Shown: piece by piece, positions 28,931 to 42,249 of the stretch | How the letters are laid out: every line of letters starts with the position of its first letter | How positions within the stretch are numbered: the stretch's first letter is position 1 | Source: Eledone cirrhosa | Taxonomy: Eukaryota | Length of the DNA stretch: 64,000 bases | Assembly (NCBI GenBank): GCA_964016885.1 | Contig: OZ024742.1 | Span: forward strand, 214,086,001 to 214,150,000 | Direction: 5' to 3' | Position numbers and translations under genes: made by a program | Notes under the pieces: model-generated | The model's input: the letters and a program-made list of their open reading frames with translations, nothing else | Told to the model about the DNA's origin: nothing | The model's database searches: none

Positions 28931-29445
28931 CAAGGTTTAGCAAGAAAAGGTTTTAAAATAAATTAAAAAACATTCAGTACTTACTATGGTTACCTTTACC
29001 GAACGGTTTCAAATCTCAAAAATAAATGGATATTCCTTGCGGGCCTCCATTGAAAAGATAAACATTCGTCAGAAGGTTCTTTTCACTCGGAGAATATAAC
29101 ATTCCATAGTTACGAACTGGCGGTATTCAAAATTGTTCCCGAGATGAGAATGAATGATGTGGAAGCAATTCTGTCCAGTGTCGTGTGCAAAGATAGATGG
29201 CAGAGGCAGGGAGGTCAATCTACTACCACTATAAATAGCAGAGGTCAAAACGACCAAATTTTATCTCGAGTAGGGGGAGATTAATAATAATAAAGTATAT
29301 ATCCTTACACGCAAAAAACATATAGGGACACATGTATTATCCAACCGTATGCCAATGTTGTTCTATGGCAGGTTAATAAATTAACGAGCCAGAACATATA
29401 TAATCAAGGTTTAGCAAGTAAGAAAAAGTTTTAAAATAAATTTAT
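28928..29445 (-). mobile_element. Short non-coding HHR-bearing pLTR-like unit with terminal redundancy
   Basis: aatcaaggtttagcaag...gttttaaaataaatt occurs at 28928 and again at 29402. (TA)n flanks. Confidence 0.7.
28992..29077 (-). ncRNA. Type I hammerhead ribozyme
   Basis: Minus strand: acctt CTGACGA [long stem II incl. aatgga/tccatt] GAAA ccg tt cgg TA aaggt. Confidence 0.8.
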
Positions 29446-29449
29446 GATA

Positions 29450-29481
<32 letters not shown>

Positions 29482-29562
29482 AACACACATCTTTTTTTCT
29501 TTATACTTTCACTCGTGTAGGAGATCTCGGTTGTTTTTCATTTTGTATAAAAACCTCACTTG

Positions 29563-29675
<113 letters not shown>

Positions 29676-29803
29676 GTGAGGTTTTTTTACAAAATGAAAA
29701 AAAAAACCGAGGTGTCCTACACGAGTGAAAGTATAAGGAAAAAAGATGAAATCGAAAAAGCAACTGGAGTCTTTTTTTATAAAAATATATATTTATTTGG
29801 TTT

Positions 29804-29839
29804 CTTTACCGCTTTCGCAGTTCTTCTGCTTTTCAAAAG
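29804..29839 (-). ncRNA. Hammerhead-like motif with U3:A8 core in the Neptune pLTR
   Basis: Minus strand: ctt TTGAAAA gcag aagaa ctgc GAAA gcgg TA aag. A sister fragment at ~35770 has palindromic stem III ACCGGT. Confidence 0.6.
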
Positions 29840-30719
29840 TAGAATTGAGATGGAGGGTCTGTGGTTTTTCTCAGACAGGTTGGTGTTTGAATGTTACTTC
29901 TGTTTTATATGGATAAAAGGGGCTGGAAATGGTTTTTAGAGAAGTAATTTGGTTGATTGGTTGGTGAATAAGTATAATAAATTTCTCGCCAGTTCGCGTT
30001 ACAAAGTTCTTATTATATTTGCCTTCAAAAAAAGGGGGGGGGGGGGGCTCAGGTTGTTTTTTCATATATGAGTGAAGTTTTGTTGGTTGATGCAGTCACA
30101 TGAATAAGCACATCAGCTTTCTCGCCACTTTGTGTTTGAATTTCTTTTTACTTAAAAAAAAGTGGCTCACGACGTCTCTTTTAAAAAATGTAATTTGTTT
30201 GGTTATAAATGAAATTATGACTGTCACGTGAACAAGTACATTACATTTCGCGCCCGTATTTGGGAATTTGTTTTGTAGCCTTTTAGAGAATTTTGTGCCA
30301 AAGAAAAGATAATGGTCAAGAAAAACGCAATGGTTCAGTGAATATGGCTGGTGTGCTGGGGTGTCAAAATTCAGACTTTGTATTGAAATAAAAAAAGTAG
30401 AGTGCTGGTGTGTTTGTGGGTGTATGGGTGTTCTGTGTGTGTGTATGTGTGTGTGGGAGTATGGTTAGCATGTTAAGATGGAGAGAATATATATATTTGT
30501 TTTTTGTGTGGGTAGGAAAATGATTCCGTTAGTAGAAATGGGGGAGTGAGTTATGTGTGCTTGGGGCTGTGGTTAGCATGTGAAGGTGTTAGAGTATTAA
30601 CGTATGTTAAGGTTTATTTAGTTCTGGTTTTTATTTTCTAAAATAGAAGGTGTTATGTGTGTGTCTGTTTGGATAGTTAGCATGTTATGGTGTTGACATA
30701 ATGTATATTAAACTATATT

Positions 30720-33700
30720 TAATGCTGGTCTATATTTTTGAATAAACATATTTTCCTTATTTATTCGTATTTGTACTGTTGTATTGTCAGCACAAAGATA
30801 AAAATGGGAAGACTTGGAATTTGGGTGTCTTTCTTATTACTTGCGCATATGTCTAGATGTGCACTTAGTCGTATCTGTCTCGTGGTTGGATCTCGTAATT
30901 GTTGGCGATGAACTGTCATTCCGTTTCTGAGTGTGAGTTTAGTTTTTCCTATATAATCTTCATTGCATCCTTTACATTTAATGGCATAAAGTAGATTTTT
31001 TGATTGGCAAGTGAAGTGATTTTTTACAGCAAAATTTTGTCCTTATTGAAATGTATACGTGTTGCCCTCAATGCGGTGTGTGCAGGTTCCACAATTAGAG
31101 CGACCACATTCTTTGACAGTTGGTTGTGGGCTTGTGATAGGTAATTTGGCATTGGTGAGTAATGTTTTTAGTGATTTCGGTTGTCTTTTGCTTTTGATTA
31201 TTTGGTGTGTCTCAATGGGTTTTTTCATTCTTGGGTCTTGTTTCAATAGTGGGATGTTCTTGTGAATAGTGTTGTAAGCTTCCGCATTTCTTGGGTTGTG
31301 TGTTGAGATATATGATAGAATATTGGACATACCTTGAATTTGTTTATGTTTTCGTAATTCATCAATGCCTATTGATTTAGCCCTTTCTATTCCATTATTT
31401 ATTAGTAATGGTGGGTACTGTCTTTCGAGTAGAATTTCCTTTAATTCTTGAAGTCTTTTGTTTCGCGTTTCATAATTGGAGACAATTGTGCAAATTCTTC
31501 TTGCTAGGTTAAAAAGGATGTTCGTCTTCGTGTGCTTTGGATGGTTGGAGGTGAATAGCAGGTATTGTTTGGAATCTGTTGGTTTGTAGTGTATGTCAGT
31601 TTCAATATTTGTGTCCTTTTTATGATTAAGATGTCCAGAAATGGGGATTGATCTTGGCTGTATTCCATTGTGTATTGGATGTGGTTATTGATGCCGTTAA
31701 TTAAATTTTTGAAATCATTTAGTTGGTGGAGTGTGTGAGACCAAAGAATAAGACAATCATCCAAGTAGCGTTTCCATTTCTATGACAAATATTTGTGGAA
31801 GTTAAATCCGTATTTTGATTTGGAGTGTTCATATATCTGGACTTCCAAGTATACCATGACTAAGTTGGCATAAGTTGGAGCGAATTTTGTACCCATTGCA
31901 GTCCCCGATATTTGCTTGTAAGTACTGCCATCGAAATAAAAAAAGTTGTTCTGTAAGTTAAATTTTTATCCCTCGGTGATGAAGCTTTTTTCTATTGTGT
32001 CAGGTATATAATTGGGATATTTCTCTAGCCAGAATCATATTGCTTCTAGTCCGTATTGGTGTGGGATCGTTGTGTAGAGATACACTACATCGAAAGTCAC
32101 CATAATAGTGTCGTTGTTGACATGTTTGGGGAGGTGGTTTAAGAGGTCTAGATCGTCTCTTACAAGGCTTGGTATGTGTTTGAGAATTGGTTTTAGTAGT
32201 ATGTCTATAAATTGCTTAGTCTCTGTGTTTCACATTGTGGGCCCGCTACAATTTGTCTTAATTTAAGGTATGTGGGGTATTGTGTGTTCACGCAGGTTGA
32301 GGTAGATTATTTACAGGCATCATTAATTATATTACACTTGTGGATCTTCGGAAGTCCGCAAAGGTTGCTGGTTTTGTATTCAACATGTGTTAAATAATCG
32401 CGTTCCTTTTTAGTTAAGAGTTCCTGGTATCGACAAATAAATGTGTTTAATCTGGTCATTGTTTTTGATTGCTGGTAGTTTTTTACACTTTCATAGTAGT
32501 TAGTTTCTTGTAAGAGAGAGAACATAGTGTTTTTATATTGTTCAGCATCCATAATGACAACAGTAGTTCCCTTGTCCGCTTCCTTAATTATAATGTCAGT
32601 GTTGTTTTTTAGTTCATGGATAATCTCCCATTCCCTTCGACTCGTGTTGGGTTTGGGTTTAGGTTGCGGTAGTTCATGGTATGGGAAAGTTGCTATGTGT
32701 TCACAAAATTTTCCAGAACTCTGTTCCTATCCTTTGTTGGGTTGTAGCTGCTTTTATTCCATACAATTGCTTGGTCGTTATTCTCCTTGTCAAAAAATTC
32801 CTCCGTGAGACGTAATCTTCTACAGAAGTGTGAGATATCGACATTTATCTCATTGAGGTTAGAGTATTGTGGTGTTGGTGTACATTTTAGTCCTTTGGAG
32901 AGAATTTTAATTTGTTGGGCTGAGAAGTTTGTATTTGAAAGGTTGATTATTTTCGGTTTTTCAAAATCGGTTTGTGCCACGGGGTGTCGTGGATCCTGTA
33001 GCCTTGGTCTAAAAAATGATTTTTCAGAATTGTTTTTTCATGGGTATTATTATATTTAACGGCATTTCCCCTGTTGTTGTGTGGCCTTGTATAGAAGTTT
33101 CGGACGTATTGAGGTTCGGTTTGTTGATGGTCCGGGTTGTAGATTTTGTTCCTTTGTGAGGGTTGGAATCTACGCTTTTGGAACAGGTTCTGTGTGGGTT
33201 GGGGTCTACGATTTTGGAATAGGTTTCGTGTGGGTTGTGATCTGGGGATCGGGTCCTGTCTTGTGTTGGGGGACATTCGTTTTTTTTAGTAGGGTTATAG
33301 TTTTGTCTATGCGTTCTGGGATTACCGTCATAGTATTGCTGGGGGGTATGTTGGAAGTTTTGTTTCATTTTTTGTTATTTGTTGTAAGTGTGAGTTATAG
33401 TTTGTTTTAAAAATGGGTTACCTGTATGTTCGTTTTTGAAATCCATTTTGTAGTTGTTGAACCAGGTGGCGTTTTTATCCCATCGCTGGAGGGATGTTAG
33501 TTCTTCATCCTCACAATTTTCTTTCCAACGTTTTAAGGTTTTTTTCATAGAGTAAGCCTTCAGAGTGCCTTGAGATTTCTGTTTCCATCTGTTGGTCGAG
33601 TGACTTGAATTTTTCTTCGTTGGAATTGGCTCTTAACCGCAACAGTTCTATTTCTATTTTAAACTTTTCTAACGCTATCTTTTCCCTAAGTTTTTGTTGG

Positions 33701-34055
33701 TTTTATGGTTCATTCGGGATGGGTTATTTGGAGTTTTTTTGGGGAGGATGATTGGGGTAGAGTTTAGTCACTTTTCATATATGTCTGCCTTGCCATTATT
33801 TTTTAGGAGATTCCAAAAGGAGAATTTGCGGGCGGTGAGCTTTTGAGTCCATATATTGATTAGGGTGTTTTTCACTGAGTGGACATCTCGTAGATTGGGT
33901 TCTAATGGTTGTTCCAGCTTTTGGAGCATTGCTGTTTCAATGGTTTTGATTAGTTTAGTTAATGCTGGAGTAATATTGGTCTCTTGGGTATTTTCTGCTT
34001 CTTCATGGGGTCCGTTGTTATAGATATCTATTTGGTCCACTTCGTTAGTCAACAT
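30720..34055 (-). pseudogene. Disrupted PLE RT/GIY-YIG coding region
   Basis: ORF-track fragments 33768-34055, 32693-32980, 32307-32552, 31504-31764 and 31043-31330 are colinear but broken by stops and frameshifts. Confidence 0.8.
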
Positions 34056-34253
34056 TGAAAGTTTGGAGGAAATCTCTTTGAGTTCATTTAAGATGACCTG
34101 GTTCAGTGAGTTGTCGTTTTGTTGAGACTTTGGTGGCCTTTTCGGTTTTCGTGTGGTGAGTATGTATTAGAAAGTGAGTTTTTTAAAAATGAAATGACAA
34201 AAAAAACGAGGTGTCCTGTATTGTGTACACTGGTGCGTTATGGTCCTCCTTCG

Positions 34254-34358
<105 letters not shown>

Positions 34359-34391
34359 AATATATATAAACATGGCTCCGTTAATGTATCG

Positions 34392-34430
<39 letters not shown>

Positions 34431-34434
<4 letters not shown>

Positions 34435-34844
34435 ATATTAATAAATGGAAACTATATTTATAAAACCATAATTATTTTACTATATATATTTCAAGTGCAA
34501 CCAAGGCAAATTATGGTGCGCTTTCATCAGATAAAATACAAATTTGGTTTATAAATAAATATTGACATACCCGCATAAAGACAACCTTAACGGTTGAGGT
34601 TCGCTTTATGCGGGTATGTCAATATTTATTTATAAAACAAATTTGTATTTTATCTGATGAAAGCGCACCGTAATTTGCCTTGGTTGCCCTTGAAATATAT
34701 ATAATAAAATAATTATGGTTTTATAAATATAGTTTCCATTTATTAATATATTGAATGTTTAGTCCACTAATTTGTTGTATGCTTTATATCAGTTATAACA
34801 TTTTTAAGCTTGTTGAATCCCAACAAATTAAATAAAATCTCTGC

Positions 34845-34845
<1 letters not shown>
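34431..34845. mobile_element. Fold-back pLTR remnant of Naiad family 2 with two opposed HHRs (34474-34537 minus; 34647-34710 plus)
   Basis: Same sequence family as 28440-28700. Arms of ~155 bp inverted around ~34595. Both HHRs have a CTGATGA...GAAA tatata TA core. Confidence 0.85.
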
Positions 34846-34885
<40 letters not shown>

Positions 34886-35051
34886 AGTATTGAAGTTTCC
34901 GTTGAAAATTGAAAAAGTCATAGGAGTGAAGAGTGCTCTATGTAAGTACCAGAGCAAAATTTAATGTATAATAAACAAGACGTTTTTTTCGTATTCGTCT
35001 TATTCGGGAAACCTCTGGTAATGAGGTAATTATATTAATTGTTTATTATAC

Positions 35052-35100
<49 letters not shown>

Positions 35101-35116
35101 GTGAGTTTTCTTTTAC

Positions 35117-35219
<103 letters not shown>

Positions 35220-35292
35220 GTTTTAATATAGATGAGATTCTACAGGACTAGATCTGTTTCAGGTGGTTACCTCCGATTCAACCCGGAATAAC

Positions 35293-35352
<60 letters not shown>

Positions 35353-35358
<6 letters not shown>

Positions 35359-35495
35359 GACGTAAAATAAGAAAATATTTTTTTTAAAAAATTTAAAAAA
35401 AATTTTTTTCTTACTTAAATTTTGAAAATTTAAGTAAGAAAAAAATTTTTTTTAAATTTTTTTAAAAAAATATTTTCTTATTTTACGTCCTTTAT
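35353..35495. repeat. ~140-bp near-perfect AT-rich palindrome
   Basis: ataaaggacgtaaaataag...cttattttacgtcctttat, centred near 35424. Confidence 0.85.
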
Positions 35496-35608
35496 ATTAT
35501 TGTTCTGCATTCTCCTGCATTGAACCACCTAGGTACTATGACATAACCTGTGTATTTGCTGGCATGGGCGTGCATCTGTGCGCTTATGTTAGTTGATATA
35601 TTAAATTA

Positions 35609-35645
<37 letters not shown>

Positions 35646-35910
35646 GTGAGGTTTTTTTTTACAAAATGAGTTTTGTAAGGTTTTTTTACGAGTGAAAGTA
35701 TAAGGAAAAAGTATGAAATCGAAAATGCAACTGGAGTCTTTTCTTATAAAAATATATATTTATTTGGTTCCTTTACCGGTTTCGCAGTTCTTCGTATATA
35801 TATATATGTGTATAAATGAATTAATTGCGTCGGAAAAGTCCAGGAAAAAAGAGTGCTCTATGTAGGTAACAGAGCTTAATAGTTATGTAATAAACAACAT
35901 AAATTAATTA

Positions 35911-35971
35911 TTTCATTTACCAGTGGTTTCTTAAAAGCAAAAAAATTTTGCTTTCAATCATCATAATGAAA
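35911..35971 (-). ncRNA. Degenerate hammerhead (C3A) in a pLTR fragment
   Basis: Minus strand: tttcatt ATGATGA ttgaaagcaaaa ttt ttttgcttttaa GAAA cca c tgg TA aatgaaa. Confidence 0.65.
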
Positions 35972-36293
35972 AAATCCTGGTGTATTTATTGGCGTTGGAT
36001 TTTAAAAACAAAAATATAATCTATATGAAAGTGAGGCAGGAAAAGGAAGAAAGAAAGGAAAAATAAAAACACACATGCAAACACACACACACACAAATAC
36101 ATACATACACATATATATATATATATACATACACACATACATACAAACACACATATACACACACACACACATATATATGTGTACATATATCCATACACAT
36201 ACATATACACATACATACATACACACATAAATATCAACATATCCATACATACACATACATACAAAAACACAAACGTGCATACACACATATACA

Positions 36294-36328
<35 letters not shown>

Positions 36329-36822
36329 AAACATACATATTCATACATACACACAGAACCATATATATACACACACACACATATATATATACATATATAC
36401 ATACACATACATATACATACACATATACATACACATAGATACATACACACAATCATACGTATATACACACGTACATACATACAAATACATACACACATAT
36501 ATAGACGTATACATACGCATGCACAAATATAGAAATATATACACACACCTACATACTCACACACACAAATAAATATAAGAAAAAATATATAATAATAAAA
36601 AAATAAATATGAATATAAAGATTATTATACTGTTGACAGCGATGCAGGCAACACATAAATGAACAAACACACGTGGTAAGCAATACACACAAATGCACGT
36701 ACACATACATACGTACAAATAAATACATACACACACTCTCAAACATAAATATACGTATACAAATACATAAACACATACATACGCATACACATATACATAC
36801 ACACACATATATACATATATAT

Positions 36823-36883
<61 letters not shown>

Positions 36884-36947
36884 GGAGGTGAGTTTTATTG
36901 TAGTACAATAAAGCAATGCAGATATCGGATAAGAAGCACTCTACAGT

Positions 36948-39224
36948 TTGTGGGACTGGAGTATGCATAATATAAGATCAAAAGAACACAACTTCCTCGA
37001 TCATCTTTTTAATTCCAGACGAAATCCTCCTTCCAACAAAAATCTAGCACAATTCGAGGAAGAATTAACTAAAATTATAAAAAATCTTAAATTCAAGAGA
37101 TACCCTTACAAAGGACAAGAGCACCTTGTAAATCTCAAGAACACAATCTCTAACCTAAATTCCTCAAAAAATGTTTTAGTCCACTCTGACAAAACCAATA
37201 ACCTATATGGTATTTCCAAGGATAATTATAACAACCTTATCCTAAAGGAACTTAGGAAAAAGTATCGTAAAACCAACCATGAAAATTTAGAATGCATAAA
37301 CCTTGAAGCCTATGAGATTATGTCAAAACTTGGCATTGAAAAAAAGACCGAACCATTCCTCCCAAGAACTCCGAGGATAAATCTCAAGCATCACAAAAAC
37401 AATTTTCGCATTGAACTACCTGTTAGATTAATCGCCCCCTCTAAATCTGATCTGGGGGTTGTTAGTAAAGCCATCTTGGATAGGATTATCCCACAGGTTA
37501 GTTCTAATTGCTCTTCTTTAAACCTAAATTTATGGTTTGGTACTTCTGAAGTGATTGGCTGGTTCAACAAATTGGATAATAAAAACAAACTAAAATTTAT
37601 TCAATTCGATATTGCCAGCTACTATTCCTCCATTTCGCCTTCACTTCTCAATAATGCTCTATCTTTCGCACTTAAATATTCTGACATCACCACAGATGAA
37701 CTTCACATCATCCTCACCGCACGTAAAACCATCCTAGAGTTCAACAACGAATATTGGACCAGAGCCGATACCTCTAACAACTTCGACATCACAATGGGAG
37801 CATCCGATTCATCCCAATTGACTGATTTAATTGGTATCTTCATTTTGAACTCTTTGAGTCGGAAAATTCCTCAACTTCGCGGTGGAATTTATCGTGACGA
37901 TGGACTCTTTACTATCCTAAATTGCAATATAGTTAAACTTAATATTATTAAGAACAATATACGTAATCTCTTTAACCAACATAACCTAAAAATTGAATTT
38001 GATAATAGTACCAAACTAGCTAATTTCTTGGATGTATCTCTTAATCTTGACACTGGCCTATATTACCCTTACCATAAAAACAATGAGAATCTTAATTATG
38101 TTAACTTTAAATCTAACCATCCTACCAATATCAAGAATGCTATAGTTAATAATATTGGAAATAGAATATCTAACATATCTTCTAATAAAAACATCTTTGA
38201 TGCTAACGCCAATTACTATAATAACGCACTTTCTAAAGCCGGCTATCCAGATAAAATCAAATATAATAAAGAAACAAATTCTAGGAAAACTTACAGTAGA
38301 ATATTTAATCATAACCATTCCAATAATTTTAATAAAAGACCTAGATACAAAAACATAATCTGGTATAATGCTCCTTTCTCCATCTCTATTAATAACAATA
38401 TTCCTAAATTATTTTTTAGTGCCTTAAATAAATGCTTCCCTCCCTCACATATCTATAGTAAAATATTTAACAAACACACCATCAAATTTTCGTATTCTAC
38501 ATCCTCCAATATTTCCAACATCATCTCTAAACACAACAACAAAATATTAAATACTAAATCTCTTCCTTCCAATATTGAATCTCATAATAACAATAATAGT
38601 ACTCCTGACGTCATTGTAAACCCTAGGCTAACTTCTGTAAACCCAAATGCAACGTCAAACACAACTTCGCTAAATGTTCATAATCCAACTCTAAATCAAG
38701 AAACTATTATTCCTATTATTCCTATCGCAAACAACTTCTCCAATCCAATTCCTTCTATAGATAACACTAGATCACTCATTAATAATCTCTCTAATTGCAA
38801 CTGCCGCATTAAAAATAAATGTCCTCTCAACAACCATTGCCTCGATAAAAACTTAATTTATGAATGTAAAATTATAACTAGCACCAATTCCTTCACCTAT
38901 TTTGGCTCCACTTCCACCTCTTTTAAAGCTCGTCTCTATAATCATCATTCATCTTTCAAATACAAACTTAAAAGAACTAACACTGCTCTCTCAGAACTCA
39001 TATGGTCCTTAAAAGACAAAAACATTAAATATAACATCTTTTGGAAAAAGATTTCTTCTGCATCCTCGTACTTGAACAGCTCTCTATCTAAAATCTGTAA
39101 TCTCTGCCTAAATGAAAAATTTACCATTATCTCTAACCTAGAATCCATAATAAATAGACGCTCGGATTTGTTTTCCATCTGCCTGCATAAATTCCATAGA
39201 ACTTTTCACAAAGTATACAGTTAA
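36948..39224 (+). CDS. Penelope-like element polyprotein (RT + C-terminal GIY-YIG endonuclease), Naiad-type; uninterrupted 758-codon ORF, probably N-terminally truncated
   Basis: RT motifs [35 protein letters not shown] and NHP. Cys knuckle [30 protein letters not shown]...TYFGST...FKARLYNH and C-terminal CNLCLNEK...[13 protein letters not shown], as in Naiad PLEs. The track start is a TTG in flanking DNA; first ATG is at 36963. Confidence 0.92.
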   Translation: MWDWSMHNIRSKEHNFLDHLFNSRRNPPSNKNLAQFEEELTKIIKNLKFKRYPYKGQEHLVNLKNTISNLNSSKNVLVHSDKTNNLYGISKDNYNNLILKELRKKYRKTNHENLECINLEAYEIMSKLGIEKKTEPFLPRTPRINLKHHKNNFRIELPVRLIAPSKSDLGVVSKAILDRIIPQVSSNCSSLNLNLWFGTSEVIGWFNKLDNKNKLKFIQFDIASYYSSISPSLLNNALSFALKYSDITTDELHIILTARKTILEFNNEYWTRADTSNNFDITMGASDSSQLTDLIGIFILNSLSRKIPQLRGGIYRDDGLFTILNCNIVKLNIIKNNIRNLFNQHNLKIEFDNSTKLANFLDVSLNLDTGLYYPYHKNNENLNYVNFKSNHPTNIKNAIVNNIGNRISNISSNKNIFDANANYYNNALSKAGYPDKIKYNKETNSRKTYSRIFNHNHSNNFNKRPRYKNIIWYNAPFSISINNNIPKLFFSALNKCFPPSHIYSKIFNKHTIKFSYSTSSNISNIISKHNNKILNTKSLPSNIESHNNNNSTPDVIVNPRLTSVNPNATSNTTSLNVHNPTLNQETIIPIIPIANNFSNPIPSIDNTRSLINNLSNCNCRIKNKCPLNNHCLDKNLIYECKIITSTNSFTYFGSTSTSFKARLYNHHSSFKYKLKRTNTALSELIWSLKDKNIKYNIFWKKISSASSYLNSSLSKICNLCLNEKFTIISNLESIINRRSDLFSICLHKFHRTFHKVYS

Positions 39225-40563
39225 TATTCAATTCTTTATCAATTTAGAATCTTTTCTCAAAGGCACATATACATACACCTCTTTAAAATATACCCATCTA
39301 CCTTACTTTAAAGGGCATTATACACTCTATAATACTCGTTTACTCATTTCCCTCATCCTATCTTCTCGTAAAACAATAACATTTGTTTTTGACATTTTGA
39401 ATATTCATCCGCAATCATTATTATTTTTTCCCTCTATCATAAATCTTTTTAATCTCAATTTCATCCTTAATTTATTATTATATATTTTTTTAATATATAC
39501 TCATATATTCTTTAAAATATACCCATCTACCTTACTTTAAAGGGCATTATACACTCTATAATACCCGTTTACTCATCACCCTCATTATATCTCCTCGTAA
39601 AACAATAACATTTGTTTTTGACATTTTGAGTATTCATCCGCAATCATTATTATTTTTTCTCTCTATCATAAATCTTTTTAATCTCAATTTCATCCTTAAT
39701 TTATTATTATTTTTTTCTCCCCATCAACGAACTCATTATTAATACATATGAATTCAATATAAAAACTTTAACTTCACATTATTTTTCTCAAATCCTTCTA
39801 CACATAAACTTTTTCTCTTTGCTAATTTTAAAATTCCTACATTTCTCCTTTTGACGTTAGAATATTCACCCACAATTATTATTTTTTTCTCTCTATCTCC
39901 ATACATAATTTCCCTTCGTTATTTTTTTCTCTCTATCTCCATACATAATTTCCCTTCGTTAATTTTCAAATTCCTTTAATTTATACATTATCTTCCAACG
40001 GTTCCCAACCTCTCTATATTAAAACATTATATCTTTTTCTCAGTTATAAAAACTATCTCTTTCTCTCTATCACCCATCTCTCCCTTTCCACCTTCACTCT
40101 CATCTCCTCCCCTTTTTTTCATCCTTTCCACCCCCACCCCTCCCTAAATATAATATATGTTTTCCTCGCACATATCCTCCCTTCGTTAATTTTCAAATTT
40201 TTTAATTTATACAGTATCTTCCAACGGTTTTCAACCCCTCTATATAAAATATATCTCCTCTCAGTTATAAAAACTATCTCTTTCTCTCTATCACCCATCT
40301 CTCCCTCTCATCTCCTTCCCTTTTCATCCTTTTCTCTCCCCCCCTCTCTAAATAAAATATTTTTCCCAATATCACACATCAATCTAAAACCACTTTTCAT
40401 ATGTTGATTTAAAACTGCACTATCAACAAGTGTTTTTTTTAGCCTTCATATCATGTTCTCCTGTTTTATCTGATGAAAACACAAATATTATTGTTTGATG
40501 ATGTTTGTTTTTGAAATGCGCATAATAAAATATATTGAACTCCTTTAACCATCTTTTGATCTT

Positions 40564-40570
<7 letters not shown>
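36967..40570 (+). mobile_element. Naiad-type Penelope-like retroelement (5'-truncated, 1.3-kb 3' region with HHR, ends in (TA)n)
   Basis: RT-GIY-YIG ORF and an HHR at 40462-40532. The 3' terminus tcttttgatcttatattat (40552-40570) recurs inverted at 36967-36985. Flanked by TA-rich microsatellites. Confidence 0.88.
40462..40532 (+). ncRNA. Type I hammerhead ribozyme in Naiad 3' region
   Basis: tgttttat CTGATGA [stem II] GAAA tgcgca TA ataaaata: canonical core, 8-bp stem I, palindromic stem III. Confidence 0.85.
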
Positions 40571-40595
<25 letters not shown>

Positions 40596-41739
40596 TACAT
40601 ACACACATACACATACATATACATACATATCACAAACACATTCATACAAATACAAACACACACATATATATGTGTGTGTAAAACTCATTCTTAGATGTAT
40701 TCATATGAACATTGTTTAACTCCAAAAAAAAAAAATATATATATATATATATAAATCAGGAAAGAAGATTGACACGGTTTGCTATACAAAAAAAGGTTTT
40801 TAATCTCATTGCTGACAATTGTTTCTCTGAACTGGTAGGTCTAGAGATCGCTATCCGCTTGTTTTCGTGTTACTCGATCACCAATACAAAATTATAACCA
40901 GTCAGTTCATCGGAGCTTGCGAGAATGAAGAGAATATACAGGCATGAAAGGAATATACAGGCTACTATATGAAGTAGTAATGGCATTCAGTTAGAACAAT
41001 AATAACAATATCAACAATGCTGGCAATAAAATATTTGAGATAATCACAACATCATTCTAGGTGGGGAATATAGTATATCTAAGATTTTAGCGTGTAAAAC
41101 TAGCTGACATGAAACAGATGTATAACATTGACATGTAAAGACTGTCGTAGGATGTATTATATCAAGTGTAAAGATAAGCCGGTGTTTATAAACAATGTAG
41201 GTCAGGTGGCCGTAATATTCAGTTTTTATCTGACCGATGAAGCATTTATCACTGTAGTAGAATTTGTTTTTATTGATTTATTATCTTAAATCGAGACAGG
41301 CAAAATGTATTATTATTATTAATATATTTCAATCTAGCTAACCTGGTCATTTACAATACAAACATGAATATGTTGGTATTTGTGTTTATCAAATATATTA
41401 ATTCATATTAACTTGTATTACACGGCTCAGAAATACTTCTTTCTTTGAGCTATTTCATTGTAAAAGACTGCCTGAGTTTTGAACTCATTATTATTATTGA
41501 TAGTATATATATATATATATATATACATATATACACATACATACATACACACATAGACATATATACTTACACACACATATACACATACACATACGTATGC
41601 ATACATACATACATACATACATACATACATACATACACGCACACACATATAACTATATATATATATATATGAGAAAGAACATAAATATTATATATATAAA
41701 AAACCCAAATATTGTATATATATATAAAAATATTGTATA

Positions 41740-41932
41740 TATAAAAATAAAAATAAAAATAAAAATAAAAATAAAAATAAAAATAAAAATAAAAATAAAA
41801 ATAAAAATAAAAATGAAAATGAATATGAAAATGTAAATGAAAATGAAAATGAAAATGAAAATGAAAATGAAAATGAAAATGAAAATGAAAATAAAAATAA
41901 AAATAAAAATAAAAATAAAAATGAAAATGAAA
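41740..41932. repeat. (AAAATA)n/(AAAATG)n hexamer microsatellite
   Basis: Direct reading; abuts the HHR array. Confidence 0.9.
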
Positions 41933-42206
41933 TATATATAAACGAAAAAAATGAAACGAAATTTCATTTCCCACTCTTAGTACGGCTGTTACTTAAATAT
42001 AACTATGTATACGTACATACATATATGTATACAGACGTACAATAGTATGTATATATATATATACATACAAGCACACATATATATATGTACGTATGGATTC
42101 ACCGAACATTTATTATAATGCTCGGTGTGTTTGTAAACAAACATCCCGTATTAAGCCGTAGTGTCCAGCAACCATCGTTGCTCGTTTGTTCAACACTGAC
42201 AAAGGA

Positions 42207-42249
42207 ACGCTGTACTAGTTTCAAGCTTATTAGCTATCGTCAGCAACGT
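42207..42249 (-). ncRNA. Hammerhead ribozyme in the inverted array unit
   Basis: Exact reverse complement of the array HHR. Confidence 0.85.

Noticed and set aside
39225-40570. SECIS element / selenoprotein Naiad
   Set aside because: The ORF has no in-frame TGA, and I saw no ATGA-stem-AA-GA SECIS fold.
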